Positions 1-10,993 of a stretch of DNA of 64,000 bases are shown here, one piece after another; positions within the stretch are counted from its first letter, which is position 1; every line of letters begins with the position of its first letter. The stretch comes from Longimicrobiales bacterium (GTDB taxonomy: Bacteria; Gemmatimonadota; Gemmatimonadetes; Longimicrobiales; Gaopeijiaceae): positions 2,176,001 to 2,240,000 of the forward strand of contig CBDDCX010000008.1 of NCBI GenBank assembly GCA_965226375.1. Reading direction: 5' to 3'. Position numbers and translations under genes: made by a program. The notes below the pieces were generated by a model, which saw nothing but the letters and a program-made list of their open reading frames with translations, made no database searches and had not been told where the DNA came from.

Positions 1-159
1 GCCGACGATGACACCCGGCAGGAAGACATGTTTCCAGTCATGCTGAAGCATGAGCGAAAGATGCGGCTCGACTACGCCGAGCCACAAGCGCAGTGCGCCG
101 TTCCTCCTGAAGCCCCAGGCCTTCCCCTCGACGTCGAGGTGGGTCCGACGGCGGCTTGA
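1..159 (+). CDS. 3' end of an unidentified gene entering the window
   Basis: Frame 1 is open from base 1 to TGA at 157-159 with GC-rich codon usage; no recognisable motif. Confidence 0.35.
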   Translation, partial: ADDDTRQEDMFPVMLKHERKMRLDYAEPQAQCAVPPEAPGLPLDVEVGPTAA

Positions 160-291
160 GGAAATCCGTTTTCGCGGCAATCCCCCCTGCCTCCGCTCTT
201 TCCGAAGGCGGCTGGTAACAGCTAGCTTCATGGTGAACCTGCTGTATCGGACCCGCTCCTGAGGGCTGTTTTCCCACAGGCCGACGCAAGC

Positions 292-1812
292 ATGATCGAC
301 GAAAAAACTTCAGTTCACCGTCCTGTCGATGGCGAGTCCCGGCCAACCGGAACGCGACGCGTCGGCCTCTTCATGCTCGCGTTCGGGTCGGGCTTTGCGA
401 TCCTCACGATCGAGATTGCAGGGGCGCGCGTGATCGCCCCCGCTTTTGGGTTGTCGGCTGTTCCCTGGACCGCCGTTATCGGTGTGATTCTCGCCGCGAT
501 TGCCATGGGGAGTCACATAGGCGGGCGGCTCGCTGACACCGGCACGGTCCCACTCTCGACCGTGCTCACGGCGGCCGCCTTCGCTGCGGGACTTCCGATC
601 CTCGGCGCCGAACTACCGAGCGTGGCCTTCTCGCTTCTGGGTTTCATCGCAGGCTCGGTGGCGAGCGCCGTGGTACTGTTCGCACCGGCCGTATTGTGTC
701 TCGGTGCGGTCGTCCCCTACTTGATCCAGGCCGACACCGACAGCCTCGGCAGTGTGGGCCGCAGAGCGGGAGACGTGGGTGCTGCAGCCACTACGGGCTC
801 GATCGCCGGAGCGTTCGTGACTGGCTTCGTCCTGCTGCCCGTGTTCCCCCTGCCGATGCTACTCGGGATCACAGCCGCCGGACTGCTGGTAATGGCGGCC
901 GCCTCGGGCCGGATTCTCGGGAACCGAACCCGCGCCGGTCCGGCAGCTCTTGGAGCGGTAGCCCTCGTTTCGCTCGGTCTCGCCGCGTCACGGCTCCCGG
1001 ACGAAATGCTTTACCGCAAGCAAACACTCTACGCATCGGTCGAGGTGATCGAGTCCGTACGGGGTGGGCGTTCCGTTCGCCAACTGAGGCAGAACGGTGG
1101 CTCCTCGTCAGCGGAATACACGGACACGTGGGATCCCGCCCACGACTATGTAGACGCGAGCGGTCTCATCTTCGAACCGATCATCGATAGAGTCGAATCG
1201 ATGCTGGTCCTGGGAGGAGCCGCCCTATCCCTTCCGGCGGCCTTCAGTCGATGGCGGCCGAAAATGCAGATCGACGTTGTAGAGATCGACCCCGTAGTCA
1301 CCGAGTTGGCGTCCAAGTATTTCGCCTACGGCAGGAGCGAGTACCCGAACATCTCGGTATGGCACGAGGACGCTCGTCTGTTCTTACGATCCACCGACAC
1401 CCAATACGACCTCGTGTACCTCGACGTGTTCGATCACCTGCTCTCGATTCCGTGGACGGTCGTGACCGTCGAGGCGCTTACCGAGATGGCGAACACGCTC
1501 GAGCCGGAGGGTATCCTGGCGGCCAATCTGCTCGGACCGTTGGACGGCCCGGGAGTCGCCTTTCTGGAGCGGTGCCAGTCCACCGTCGCTAAGGTCTTTC
1601 CCTCCTATGTGGTATATCGAGTACAGCCAGACCGGAATCTCGCGATGGTCCAGAATCTCTTGGTAGTGGCCAGCCGCGACCCCGAGGCCCTGCCTCTCAC
1701 GGATTGGCCCATCGCACAGACGCGTGCGTCAGGACGCCCGCTCACCGACGGCTGGGCGCCGGTCGAGTACCTTCAAGCGAAGGTGTTCCTGCCACAACGG
1801 GGATGGTGGTAG
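292..1812 (+). CDS. Fused membrane (MFS-like)/spermidine synthase-like SAM-dependent protein
   Basis: About 7 N-terminal TM segments (EIAGARVIAP, TTGSIAGAF), then LVLGGAA, VVEIDPVV, EDAR, YDLVYLDVF and PLTDGWAPVE motifs. Confidence 0.85.
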   Translation: MIDEKTSVHRPVDGESRPTGTRRVGLFMLAFGSGFAILTIEIAGARVIAPAFGLSAVPWTAVIGVILAAIAMGSHIGGRLADTGTVPLSTVLTAAAFAAGLPILGAELPSVAFSLLGFIAGSVASAVVLFAPAVLCLGAVVPYLIQADTDSLGSVGRRAGDVGAAATTGSIAGAFVTGFVLLPVFPLPMLLGITAAGLLVMAAASGRILGNRTRAGPAALGAVALVSLGLAASRLPDEMLYRKQTLYASVEVIESVRGGRSVRQLRQNGGSSSAEYTDTWDPAHDYVDASGLIFEPIIDRVESMLVLGGAALSLPAAFSRWRPKMQIDVVEIDPVVTELASKYFAYGRSEYPNISVWHEDARLFLRSTDTQYDLVYLDVFDHLLSIPWTVVTVEALTEMANTLEPEGILAANLLGPLDGPGVAFLERCQSTVAKVFPSYVVYRVQPDRNLAMVQNLLVVASRDPEALPLTDWPIAQTRASGRPLTDGWAPVEYLQAKVFLPQRGWW

Positions 1813-1903
1813 GGTCGAAAAAACGGTTGGCGGGCCATCGGAGCCACTTCGTGCCCGCCCGCCACGCCTCCGCGACCCAACCCGCGTCGGCTCTGAGGAG
1901 TGA

Positions 1904-2917
1904 CTAGCCGTCGCTGCCCCGCGCCCTGAGGTTGGTCAGACGTCGCCTCCCCATGACATGATCAGGATTGCGCTCTAGCCACGCCTCGAACATCCGGATG
2001 GCTTCCTCCCTGTCGCCCCCCAACCGCAAAGCGTCCGCCAGACTTTCGTTCGGGATGTACTCGTCAGGGAACGCCTCCAGATTCTTCCGGAAGAGGGTGA
2101 TGGCCTCGTCTTGCCGATCGCTCCGGTGCAGACCCCAGCCCACTCCGTCGAGCACCCCGGGCGACATCACCGCGGCACTTTCACGGACCTTCATCGCATC
2201 GAACTCCGTCACCACGGCTTCAACGCCACGCTCTTCCAACGCCCGCCATAGACTCAAGGCCACCCATGCTCTGCGAGCGCCCGCGTCCTCGGGGTGGACT
2301 TCGTCGTTGAGGGCCGCGAGGGCCAACGCGTCGTCAAAGGAACCGAGATTCGCGATCCGGTTTGCCACGCTGGATAAGACGTCCACGCGGAAGTCGTATG
2401 CGTCGGCACCGAAATAGCGCTCGCGAAGCGCCCGATACCTCACGAGTACTTCATCGATCCCTCCCTCCTCGTAGGCCGCTACCAAAATGGTCGGAAGGGG
2501 ACGCGGGTCGGTGCGCCCGGCGTGGCAGGTGTAACACGTCACGCGCAATGACGGGACGAACCGGTCGTCGAGCCGGCTCAGATGCTCCTCATTGATGGCC
2601 TCTACCATGGCCATCATCACTCGCGCCTTCTCTTTGGTGGGTTTGGCATCCGACGCGTAGTCCCACTCGTCCCGCTGACGCTCCATGTCTCCGACGTAGC
2701 AGAACAGGCAGCCCTCTCCCTGCCGCCTACGAAGGCCTAGGCCTTGAATGTTTCCGAGCATCACCCGATCCAATGCCTGCTCCGAGATGTCGTGTCCCAG
2801 AACCTGGAGGTTCTCGAATTCGGGCTCCTGATCTTGTGCGGCAATAGGCGGGGACCAGAGTATCAGGCCGAACATCAGCGCAATACCCGGGAGCGTTGTT
2901 CGTATCAGTCCGTACAT
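1904..2917 (-). CDS. Secreted c-type cytochrome domain (reaction-centre cytochrome c-like) with C-terminal TPR repeats
   Basis: Signal peptide; ENLQVL; CLFCY (degenerate) and CYTCH heme motifs; KEKARVMMAMVEAIN; TPR-like tail. Confidence 0.7.
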   Translation of the reverse strand: MYGLIRTTLPGIALMFGLILWSPPIAAQDQEPEFENLQVLGHDISEQALDRVMLGNIQGLGLRRRQGEGCLFCYVGDMERQRDEWDYASDAKPTKEKARVMMAMVEAINEEHLSRLDDRFVPSLRVTCYTCHAGRTDPRPLPTILVAAYEEGGIDEVLVRYRALRERYFGADAYDFRVDVLSSVANRIANLGSFDDALALAALNDEVHPEDAGARRAWVALSLWRALEERGVEAVVTEFDAMKVRESAAVMSPGVLDGVGWGLHRSDRQDEAITLFRKNLEAFPDEYIPNESLADALRLGGDREEAIRMFEAWLERNPDHVMGRRRLTNLRARGSDG

Positions 2918-3150
2918 CGGCAGGTGTCCTCCGTCAGGCGCGATCCGATTATATCTAAAAAGTAGACTTATTCTTCAAGGGTACAACCCCCGAAGTGTGA
3001 AGAGCGGAGGCGCCTGCGTCACTCCGACCCAAAGAACGCTGGGCTACCGACGGGCCGAGTAAGACGAGGTTGCGACCCCTCGACACGGACGATGGGGCGG
3101 AGCAGAGCTTTCGACCCCACACACGGTGACGGGATCGAAGCAGATCTCCT

Positions 3151-4012
3151 TCAGCACGCCACCCGCCGGAGCCGCTGGCCCGGCACCGAAATGCGTCGAA
3201 CGTAGCGGGCGATTTCCCGCATCCCATCGACGCCCAATTGAGCGCCAAGAGTCTGGTTGTAGTTCGTCGTGCCGTTGATGTCGTACGTATAGCGGTGCCC
3301 GTCGGCGTCTTCCACGAACTCGATCCCTGCGATCTCGATTCCCTCCTCGTTGCAGAGTTCGATGTACTGCTTCACCAGCGGATCGTCGGCAGTGATCGGC
3401 GAAGGGCTGAACAGTCCTGACCCATCCACCCGAGGGCTTTCTTGCTCCAGTGGCATCGGGTTGCAGGCGTCCGAGGGGCAGAGCTCGAAGCCCTCGGATG
3501 TAGAGCTACGCATGGCGAACACGAACCGGCCGCCCACGATTTCAACCCTGGTGATGAAGGGCTCGGGAGCGGCGATATACTGCTGTAGGATCACCCGCGC
3601 ACCAGGCCCCGCGTCGAAGCCCGCCCCATCGAGGTGCCTTCCGAGCTCAATCGAGTCCTGGAAGAGTTGGATGCCGAGGCCCTTTCCCCCTGGTCGTGCT
3701 TGGTAATGAAGGGACCGCCGAACGTGCTAGCCGCCTCGAGCAGGTGATCCTTGCCCACAGCGAGCACTGTGCGGGGCGTTCGGATCCCGTGCCGGCGCAG
3801 AGCGAGGTCCTGGCGCAGCTTGCTCATCTCGAGCTCGAAGGCACAGAGCCCGTTGACGACCCGCCGGCCGTGGGACTCCAGCCAGTACAGAAGCTGACGG
3901 GCCAGCTCCACCGAGTGGACGTGGCCACGCGTGTGTGACGACGGGCTGATACGATTCAGCCAGATGCCCTCTGCTGGGGCCGTCGACGGGTCGATACTCC
4001 CTTCGTTGACGT
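3151..4012 (-). pseudogene. ATP-grasp (RimK/glutathione synthase-like) ligase, 5'-truncated and frameshifted
   Basis: NRISPSSHTRGH, VVNG..AFELEMSK, KHDQG|GKGLGI, ILQQYI, GIEFVE, YDINGTTNYN; frameshift in C5 run 3686-3690; no start codon. Confidence 0.75.
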
Positions 4013-4149
4013 CTCAATCTTGAGCGATCTCCGTCCGTGTCGGTGTCCAGATCCAGGATGCACGCAGAGGGAGCCGTAGCGGCCACCACCATTAACGCAC
4101 AGCGGCTGATCCACCGATTGACCCCCATCGGAGCAGAAGCCCCGGACAT
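4013..4149 (-). pseudogene. N-terminal fragment of a putative lipoprotein abutting the ATP-grasp fragment
   Basis: RWISRCALMVVAATAPSAC lipobox-like leader, then the frame runs into unrelated sequence. Confidence 0.3.
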
Positions 4150-4344
4150 CACGCTCTCTCTCATCGTCGTCCCCTTTCACGGCCATTCTCGACCCGGGCC
4201 TTCACGCTCCACCCTATCAACGAATAAGGGAGGCGGATTCTACCAACGTGTCAGTCAGTCGAGAGCGTCCGGATCGAGCGACCACGACGAGGAGCGACGC
4301 CCGGATTCTGTGACAGAGGCATTGTGGAGTTTGACGTCGAGCGT

Positions 4345-5388
4345 CTAGCGCCGGACCAGCGTGGCGTCCCGAATCAACTCACGTACCCTGGCCGTCGCCC
4401 CGGCGCCATCGATCGCCTGCCACAACCGCTCGACAAGTGCCTCGTCAACGAGTCCCGCCGTGCGCGTCGACAGGCCCTCGGCTTCTCTGAACGCGTCGAC
4501 GGCCTCGATCAGGTCGGCCGTATAACCCTGCGATGCGCCGTCACGGGGAATCTCAGTGGCCTCAGAGCGGTAGTATCCGACCGCGTGAAGCATCACTCGC
4601 AGTTGCCAGATGTCGTTGCCCGCGAACCGCCGGAGCTCTCGATAGCCCAGCGTCTGGGAGATGGAGTTCCATACCCTACGAAGCTCGGCAACCGGCGTCG
4701 GGTGTTCGCACACGTTGATGTCGGTGGTCACCTGATCGGGACGTCGCGAGTTGCCAGGACGGGGATCGGCCACCACCACGGCCGCGGACTGCAGGCGTCC
4801 AGATCGGCTGTCACCCCCCAGAGCCTGCCCGGCCGCCAAGGCCTCGATCAAGCGATCTGAAAGGTGCCGTCCAGAGCCCTCCGTAGACTCGAAGCTCAGC
4901 GCGACTGCCTCGACCACCTCGGGACCTACGAGAATGTTGCCTTGCGTCACATAGTTGGGTCCGTCACGGTGGCCCGCCCAATAACTGGGACCGGTCCCAG
5001 TGTGTTGCGCCCGTGACCCGTCCAGGGAGATCACGCCTACCTGTCGACGAGCTGATCCTGTGTCGGCCGCCACCGCCTGCGTCAACGCCGCGTCGGCACT
5101 CATTCCACCGGCGATGAGATCCAGAAGCTCGTTGCCGTAGGCCACTCGGGTACTGGCCTGAGTCGCCACCGCACCCACTCCTGCCCTGACCCAGGGGACG
5201 CCATTCCCGACGCAGGGCACCCGCGTCGTAACCGCCACACCCGACTCGCCCGTCTCCGGATCGATAGCAGCGATCGAGAACGTGGAAAAGTACAGGTCGG
5301 GGCCCCACTCCACGGGCTCCTGCGCGGAAGCGATACTGGACAGAGCGAGTACCGCGACCAAGACGGAGAAGAGCGAACGCTCGAACAC
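4345..5388 (-). CDS. DUF1028 (Ntn-hydrolase-like) secreted protein with peptidoglycan-binding-like tail
   Basis: STFSIAAIDPETGESGVAV, AGVGAVATQA, QGNILVG, GGDSRSGRLQSAA; signal peptide; GTG start inferred. Confidence 0.8.
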   Translation of the reverse strand: MFERSLFSVLVAVLALSSIASAQEPVEWGPDLYFSTFSIAAIDPETGESGVAVTTRVPCVGNGVPWVRAGVGAVATQASTRVAYGNELLDLIAGGMSADAALTQAVAADTGSARRQVGVISLDGSRAQHTGTGPSYWAGHRDGPNYVTQGNILVGPEVVEAVALSFESTEGSGRHLSDRLIEALAAGQALGGDSRSGRLQSAAVVVADPRPGNSRRPDQVTTDINVCEHPTPVAELRRVWNSISQTLGYRELRRFAGNDIWQLRVMLHAVGYYRSEATEIPRDGASQGYTADLIEAVDAFREAEGLSTRTAGLVDEALVERLWQAIDGAGATARVRELIRDATLVRR

Positions 5389-5434
5389 GGCATCCCTAAA
5401 TGGTGAAGAAGGCTCCACTGAACCACCAATGCCG

Positions 5435-6016
5435 CTACATGAGCAGGTGTGCCAAAGCCCCCTTCGCCTGCTCCGTGGCCACGTCGGCATGACCCATCCC
5501 ACCATGGTCGACCGCACCCTGCAACCCGTCGACCGCCATCTTGAGGTGAGGGTCCTCCATCACGTTCAGGGCCGCCTGGGCGTGCGTCAGCGCCAGCGTC
5601 GCATGCTGAACGAGCACCTCCGCGTGTCCCATCTCACCATGACGTACGGCCTCCTGCCCGTGCTGCATTGCCTGAGCCACGTGACCGGCGACTTCAAGGT
5701 GGGTGAGCGCTTCGTTGGTCTTGCCCGTCGCCACTTCCGCATGACCCATGTTGCCGTGCTCCACGGCCTCCTTCAGGCTCGCGACAGCCTTCGTACCGTG
5801 TGGATTCGCCATTCCCTCCAGGGCCGCCTCAGCATGTGTCAACGCCTGTGTCGCATGCTGGACTAGCACCTCGGCGTGGCCCATTCCACCATGATTGGCG
5901 GCCTGTTCGGCATGTTGAGTGGCTTGAGCGAGGTGGTCGCTCTGGGCCCAGGCGGACGGGCTGGAAAGACCCACGGCCACTACTGCGATCAGACCTGCCT
6001 TGATAGTGTGCGTCAT
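5435..6016 (-). CDS. His-rich small metal-binding protein (SmbP-like), tandem two-domain form
   Basis: Signal peptide (SAWAQ), four HG.MGHA[E/D]V repeats with ALTH/ALAH helices; RBS AAGGAG upstream. Confidence 0.7.
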   Translation of the reverse strand: MTHTIKAGLIAVVAVGLSSPSAWAQSDHLAQATQHAEQAANHGGMGHAEVLVQHATQALTHAEAALEGMANPHGTKAVASLKEAVEHGNMGHAEVATGKTNEALTHLEVAGHVAQAMQHGQEAVRHGEMGHAEVLVQHATLALTHAQAALNVMEDPHLKMAVDGLQGAVDHGGMGHADVATEQAKGALAHLLM

Positions 6017-6197
6017 GACTCGCTCCTTGCTCGAGTACACGTGGAAGGGCGTGTAAGCTACGGGTCAGCGCCTCCACTCGCCAGGGAATACCCCTAGATG
6101 CATGTGGGCCCCGCCTCGAACGGTTCAGACGGGACCCGCACACACGAAAACGAAATCCTTGTAGGATCGCGAGTACTGCACTACAATGCTTCTAGCG

Positions 6198-6288
6198 ACG
6201 AAAGCCGCACCCTTCGCCCCGACCCCGGACCTACCTTAGGGGGGTAAGATTCTTGGAATCGGGCCAACGCGAAGGATGCGGCTTTCGT
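6198..6288. terminator. Long inverted repeat downstream of SusD (terminator or structured element)
   Basis: ACGAAAGCCGCACCCTTCGC (6198-6217) pairs 19/20 with 6269-6288. Confidence 0.5.
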
Positions 6289-6302
6289 GTCTCTATTCTC
6301 CC

Positions 6303-7886
6303 CTAGTTAGCCGGACCGGAGTCCTGGTCCGAGACGTCCCACCACACGCGACTATCCCAAGCATTGTCACCACCATTGGAGGAGATCGCAGCTAGAACGT
6401 TGGTCTCGTTGAAGGTCTGCTCACTCCGCGGGTACGGCCAGCGTACCGGCACCAACGCGTTGAACGCGTCGATACCAGGAATGAGATGCGGAACGTTGGT
6501 ACGGCGGTACTTGTTCATCGCCTCGAGGCCTTGATCCCAAAGCTGGAACCAGTACGCCCGGTAGATCAGCGACCGGTTGGACTCGCCACCGATCCCGCCA
6601 CCACCCCACGCCACCATCGGGTGGGCCAGGTAAGCGTCGATCTCAGCCTGGGAGATACCCGCCACAGGAGGCGTCACGAACGCACCGGCGTCCGCCGGCA
6701 GATCCGCCGCATAGACCGCCATCGAGGCCGCGATACCTGCCTCGTAGAAGTCCTGTGCGCTTCCACTGATCCAACCGCGATCAGCCGCCTCGGCCTGCAG
6801 AAGCAAGGTCTCGGCGTACTCCATGAAGAACGCAGGAGCGTCGCGCCTCAGGTGCCAAGCTCCGACCACCGACACGAAGTCGAAGTCACGCTCTCCGTTG
6901 TCGTCGAAGCCGCGGTCGTCGCTAAAGCCGTTGGGCATGCCACGATGCACTCCGCCGTCGGCGGACAGGTCTGCGTGGAACCGTACACGCGGATCTTGCC
7001 GGGCGAGCATCTCATCGATGAAGAACTTACCCGGGCGATAGTCACCCGGACGCTCGACGAACCCTTGCCACATGGGGTTGTGGTCCGGCTGCGCCGCTGA
7101 GTACCACAGCGCCGCCGTGTGCGAGGCGTTTTCCATGACCCCGCCCGCTACTGCCGCCGCTGCCTCTGTCGCCGCCTTACTCGGGTTCACGTCGGAAATT
7201 CGCATGGCCAACCGCAGCCGAAGCGAGTTGCCGAACCGACGCCACTTCTCCATGTCACCGGAGTAGATCTTATCGCCACCGCCGAAGCCGGGCGCGCCAG
7301 TGTTGATCAAGGCGACGGCCGCGGTGAGCTGCACGAACAGATCGTCATAAATGGCGCTCTGCGCATCATACACAGGCCTGATGACGGAATTCTCGGCACC
7401 ACCCTGGGCAGCCTGGAAGTAAGGCACATCACCGTACATGTCGGTGAGGTTATGAGCAGCGTAGGCCCTCAGGATCATGGCCACCGCCGTCTGGTTGGCA
7501 TCACCCAGTGCTACCGCTCCATCCAGCATGTGACTCGCAAGAACGAAATGTCCCTCGGATGGATCCAGGCTGCTATCCAGGTTGTAGAACTCGTCCCAAC
7601 AATCGGTGCAGTAGTCCGTGCCCAGATCGTACCGATCCGTACCCGCGTACTGGATGCGGGCAAAGTGCTGCACGAACAGAGAGGCCGAAGGCAGGTCGAT
7701 GTTGCTCTCACCTACCAGGCCGTTGGCCAGTCCCCGGATCAACGACGGGAGTAGGAACTCCGGCGCCAATGAGGTCGGGGCGTTAGGGTTTTGGTTGATG
7801 TCCGTAAGATTGCTGAACTCGTCGCACCCCGCCGTGCCGATGGCAACGGCCAGGAGGACGGTAAGCGGCTTTATGAAGTTTCGCAT
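6303..7886 (-). CDS. SusD/RagB family outer-membrane nutrient-binding lipoprotein
   Basis: Lipobox TAGC; NQNPNAP; LTDMYGDVPY; PVYDAQ..IY; KWRRFGNSLRLRLAMRIS; RWPYP; RVWWD. Confidence 0.9.
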   Translation of the reverse strand: MRNFIKPLTVLLAVAIGTAGCDEFSNLTDINQNPNAPTSLAPEFLLPSLIRGLANGLVGESNIDLPSASLFVQHFARIQYAGTDRYDLGTDYCTDCWDEFYNLDSSLDPSEGHFVLASHMLDGAVALGDANQTAVAMILRAYAAHNLTDMYGDVPYFQAAQGGAENSVIRPVYDAQSAIYDDLFVQLTAAVALINTGAPGFGGGDKIYSGDMEKWRRFGNSLRLRLAMRISDVNPSKAATEAAAAVAGGVMENASHTAALWYSAAQPDHNPMWQGFVERPGDYRPGKFFIDEMLARQDPRVRFHADLSADGGVHRGMPNGFSDDRGFDDNGERDFDFVSVVGAWHLRRDAPAFFMEYAETLLLQAEAADRGWISGSAQDFYEAGIAASMAVYAADLPADAGAFVTPPVAGISQAEIDAYLAHPMVAWGGGGIGGESNRSLIYRAYWFQLWDQGLEAMNKYRRTNVPHLIPGIDAFNALVPVRWPYPRSEQTFNETNVLAAISSNGGDNAWDSRVWWDVSDQDSGPAN

Positions 7887-7902
7887 CTTGTTCTCCTTTC
7901 CG

Positions 7903-8350
7903 TTATCTGGTCACGGTGAAGTTGATGCCGAACGTGCGATCCGACGGAGCCGACAGGTACTCGACGCCGCGTGCGTGGTTGTCGGCGAACGCAACACCAT
8001 CGGACTCGGGATCCACGTTCTGACATGCCCGCGAGCCACAGAAGATGGCCAGGTTGCGGCCCACCAACGTGATGCGGCCCGTGGAGAACGGCACCTTCTC
8101 AAGCACGTTCGGAGTGAGGTCGAAGCTCAGCTTCATCTCACGCAGCTTACCAAACGTCGCACGCTCTACCCAAGGCGTCTCCTGGTCGTCGTAGTGACCC
8201 CAGAAGTTCTTGGCGTCGGCGTAGATGGTGTTCGGTGCACCGGTTTCCGTCACACCAAGCATGTTCACACCAATCACGTCCGTGCGGCGGTTCGAGAAGT
8301 TGAGCTCATCGTCCACGCTCACGCCGTCGATCCGCCCACCGTAGTAGAGA
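7903..8350 (-). pseudogene. C-terminal fragment of a SusC/RagA TonB-dependent receptor
   Basis: ATFGKLREMKLSF, LVGRNL, NVDPE, PSDRTFGINFTVT terminal beta strand; only ~150 codons remain directly upstream of SusD. Confidence 0.8.
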
Positions 8351-8439
8351 GGGAGGGCAACCCCATCCGAGCCAGGGGCCGAAGTCGGCGATCGAAGGCA
8401 AGGCTCGACGGTCCGAGCGGCGCAAACGGACCGGCACGC

Positions 8440-8470
8440 AAAACGGCCGGGGCAACCGTCCCGGCCGTTT
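8440..8470 (-). terminator. Rho-independent terminator
   Basis: AAACGGCCGGG-8nt-CCCGGCCGTTT hairpin followed by a T run on the minus strand, just after the 8501 stop. Confidence 0.65.
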
Positions 8471-8500
8471 GCCGCTAATGAGCTACAAGGTTTTGCCCCG

Positions 8501-9028
8501 CTAGCGCACCTTGACCTGTCCGTGGGCTAGGTTAAAGAGCGGGAAGAACTCAGCGCGAGCCACATCGCAAGTAACCGTTGGGAGGGTGATCGAGAAACTG
8601 ATCTGATCCGCTAGATCGTTTCCAGACGTGCCGTTATCCACGACCGCGGTAAGTGCCCGCCGACCGGTTAGATCTACTCCCCCCTCTGACGTCCCGCGAA
8701 TGACCAAACCGCCGATGGTGGCTGTGTTACCAATCACGTTGAGGCAGTCAATGGCCACGTGAATCCCCGCACCACCGCCTGTGAAGGTGTCTTGCCACTG
8801 CCCCGTCACACTACCATCAGCTTTCATGTTCGCCGTAAGTGAAAAATTCGCATCGCAACCGGTAGGCCGACCAGTCGCCTCACAGATATCCGCGCCACCC
8901 ACCGATACGTGGTGAGTCACTCCACCACGTGCGAGTTGGGGAGCAAGATCGGGCGTTGTCGCGCTCGGCGCTTCACATGCCAAGGTGAAAATTCCAAGTG
9001 CTGCAACTACGTAGAGGTTCTGCTTCAT
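8501..9028 (-). CDS. Hypothetical lipoprotein
   Basis: MKQNLYVVAALGIFTLAC lipobox; RBS AGGAG upstream; beta-rich body. Confidence 0.7.
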   Translation of the reverse strand: MKQNLYVVAALGIFTLACEAPSATTPDLAPQLARGGVTHHVSVGGADICEATGRPTGCDANFSLTANMKADGSVTGQWQDTFTGGGAGIHVAIDCLNVIGNTATIGGLVIRGTSEGGVDLTGRRALTAVVDNGTSGNDLADQISFSITLPTVTCDVARAEFFPLFNLAHGQVKVR

Positions 9029-9315
9029 GCAGTAACTCCTGGGGGTTTTGCGGTGGTGGGATTCCCGAGAATGGGAATAAGAGTCGCGCAGAATATCAGT
9101 CCTGATCGAAGTCCGCAAACGGCCCTAAAGCGCAGTTTCGGGGCGCCCAACCCCCACGCGATCGGCGAACTCCGAATCGCCCCGTCGACGCTCTGGCGAG
9201 TCGCTCCAGCAGTTGCGCATCACCCGGCCCCAGAATAAGACAGAAGCCGTAGCGAGTAGAGCCAAACCACACCGCCGGATAGCCCCTGGATGAGGTCACA
9301 CTTTCGGGAGAGACC

Positions 9316-10993
9316 ATGAATGGAGGCGAGGCGCTCGTCGCCCTCCTCGAGCAATTGCACGTAGAGGTCGTCTTCGGCCTGTGCGGTGACACCTCGCTCC
9401 CGTGGTACGAAGCCCTGGCCGACGCCAAGGACCAGGTCCCGACACGTCCTGACCCGAGACGAGCGCAGCGCCTCCTACATGGCCGACGCATACGCCCGTC
9501 TCAGCGGACGGGTCGGCGTGTGCGAAGGTCCTAGCGGGGGCGGCGCTACGTACATCCTCCCGGGTGTCGCCGAGACCAACGACTCCTCCGTGCCTCTCGT
9601 GTGTCTTACGTCCGACATCGCGACGATCGACAGGGGCAAGGGCACCCTAACGGAAATGGACCAGCAGGCACTCTTCTCCTCGGTCACGAAACGCACCTTC
9701 GCACCGACCCGTAGCGGGGAGCTCCCCGGGATGATCCGTGACGCGTTCCGCGAAGCCACGACCGGAAGCTTGGGGGCCTGTCAAATCAGCCTGCCCATGG
9801 ACATCCAGGTCGGCTCCGTCGTTTCAAGCGAGGTCCACGCCGATCCCGTCACAGCCCGGTACCCCTCGCAGAGGCTCGCCCCCGACCCCGACGCCGTGAA
9901 GCGGGCGGGTCGGTTCCTGGCCGACAGCCGCAGACCCCTTCTGGTGGCAGGCACCGGGGTGCTCCGTTCGGGTGCCTGGGAAGAGGTCACCGCGCTGGCC
10001 AGGGCCCTCGGTGCCCCGCTCGCCACCTCCATCTGCGGCAAGGGCGCCATCGCCGAGACCGACCCTCTGTCCCTCGGCGTGATCGGCAGCAATGGGGGTC
10101 TTCCGTACCGTCATGACCTGGTCCGGAAGGCCGATGTGATCTTCTATCTCGGGTGCGGACTCGGATCGGTGACCACCGAGAAGTGGACACTTCCGACCCC
10201 GGGACAGGCTACGATCCTGCAGCTCGACACCAATCCCGAAATCGTGGGACGGAGCTATCCGGTGGCCGCCTTCGTCCACTCCGACGCCAAGTCGGGAGTG
10301 GACGCGCTACTCGAGGAGCTCGGCGGGCCGGGCGAAGGCGACCGGGTCGATCCCCGGGAAATCGCGGAAGGGCGCGCCGTGCATCAGGCGCAGGTGGCAG
10401 AGCTGTTCGCTTCGGGGGCCACTCCCGTGCGGCCCGAACGCATGTTCGCCGAGCTCTTCGACGCGCTACCCGAGGATGCCGTCCTGATCGCCGATCCGGG
10501 TACACCGTGCCCTTACTTGTCCGCCTACTGGGAGTTACCGCGCGCCGGTCGCTGGTTCGTGAGCCCGAGGGCGTTCGGTGCGCTTGGCTACGCCCTGCCG
10601 GGAGTGGTCGGGGCCTACTTCGCCAAGCCCGACGCTGGGCGTGTGGTTGGGGTGATGGGGGACGGGAGCTTCGGTATCTCGGCCGGTGAGTTGGAGACGA
10701 TCGTCCGGCTCGACGTCCCGGTAACCCTCATCGTCTGCAACAACGCCGGCTACGGCTGGATCAAGGCCGGACAGAAGAGCCGAGGCTCCACGTTCCACTC
10801 GGTGGATTTCCGCCAGTCGGACCATGCGGCCATCGCCCGTGCCTATGGCATGTCCGCCCTGCGCGTGGAGGATCCGACGGACCTCGGCGGGGCCATGCGT
10901 GAGGCTCTCACGGCGCCGGGACCGTTCCTCTTGGACGTGGTCATGCAGCCTCTGGAAGAAGCCAACGCACCGGTGTCCAAGTGGATCGCATAG
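9316..10993 (+). CDS. Thiamine-pyrophosphate enzyme (acetolactate synthase large subunit-like), +1 frameshift near 9440
   Basis: MNGGEALV..VVFGLCGD; RDERSASYMADAYARLSG; GDGSF...NNAGYGWI TPP motif; extra C in CCC 9438-9440. Confidence 0.85.
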
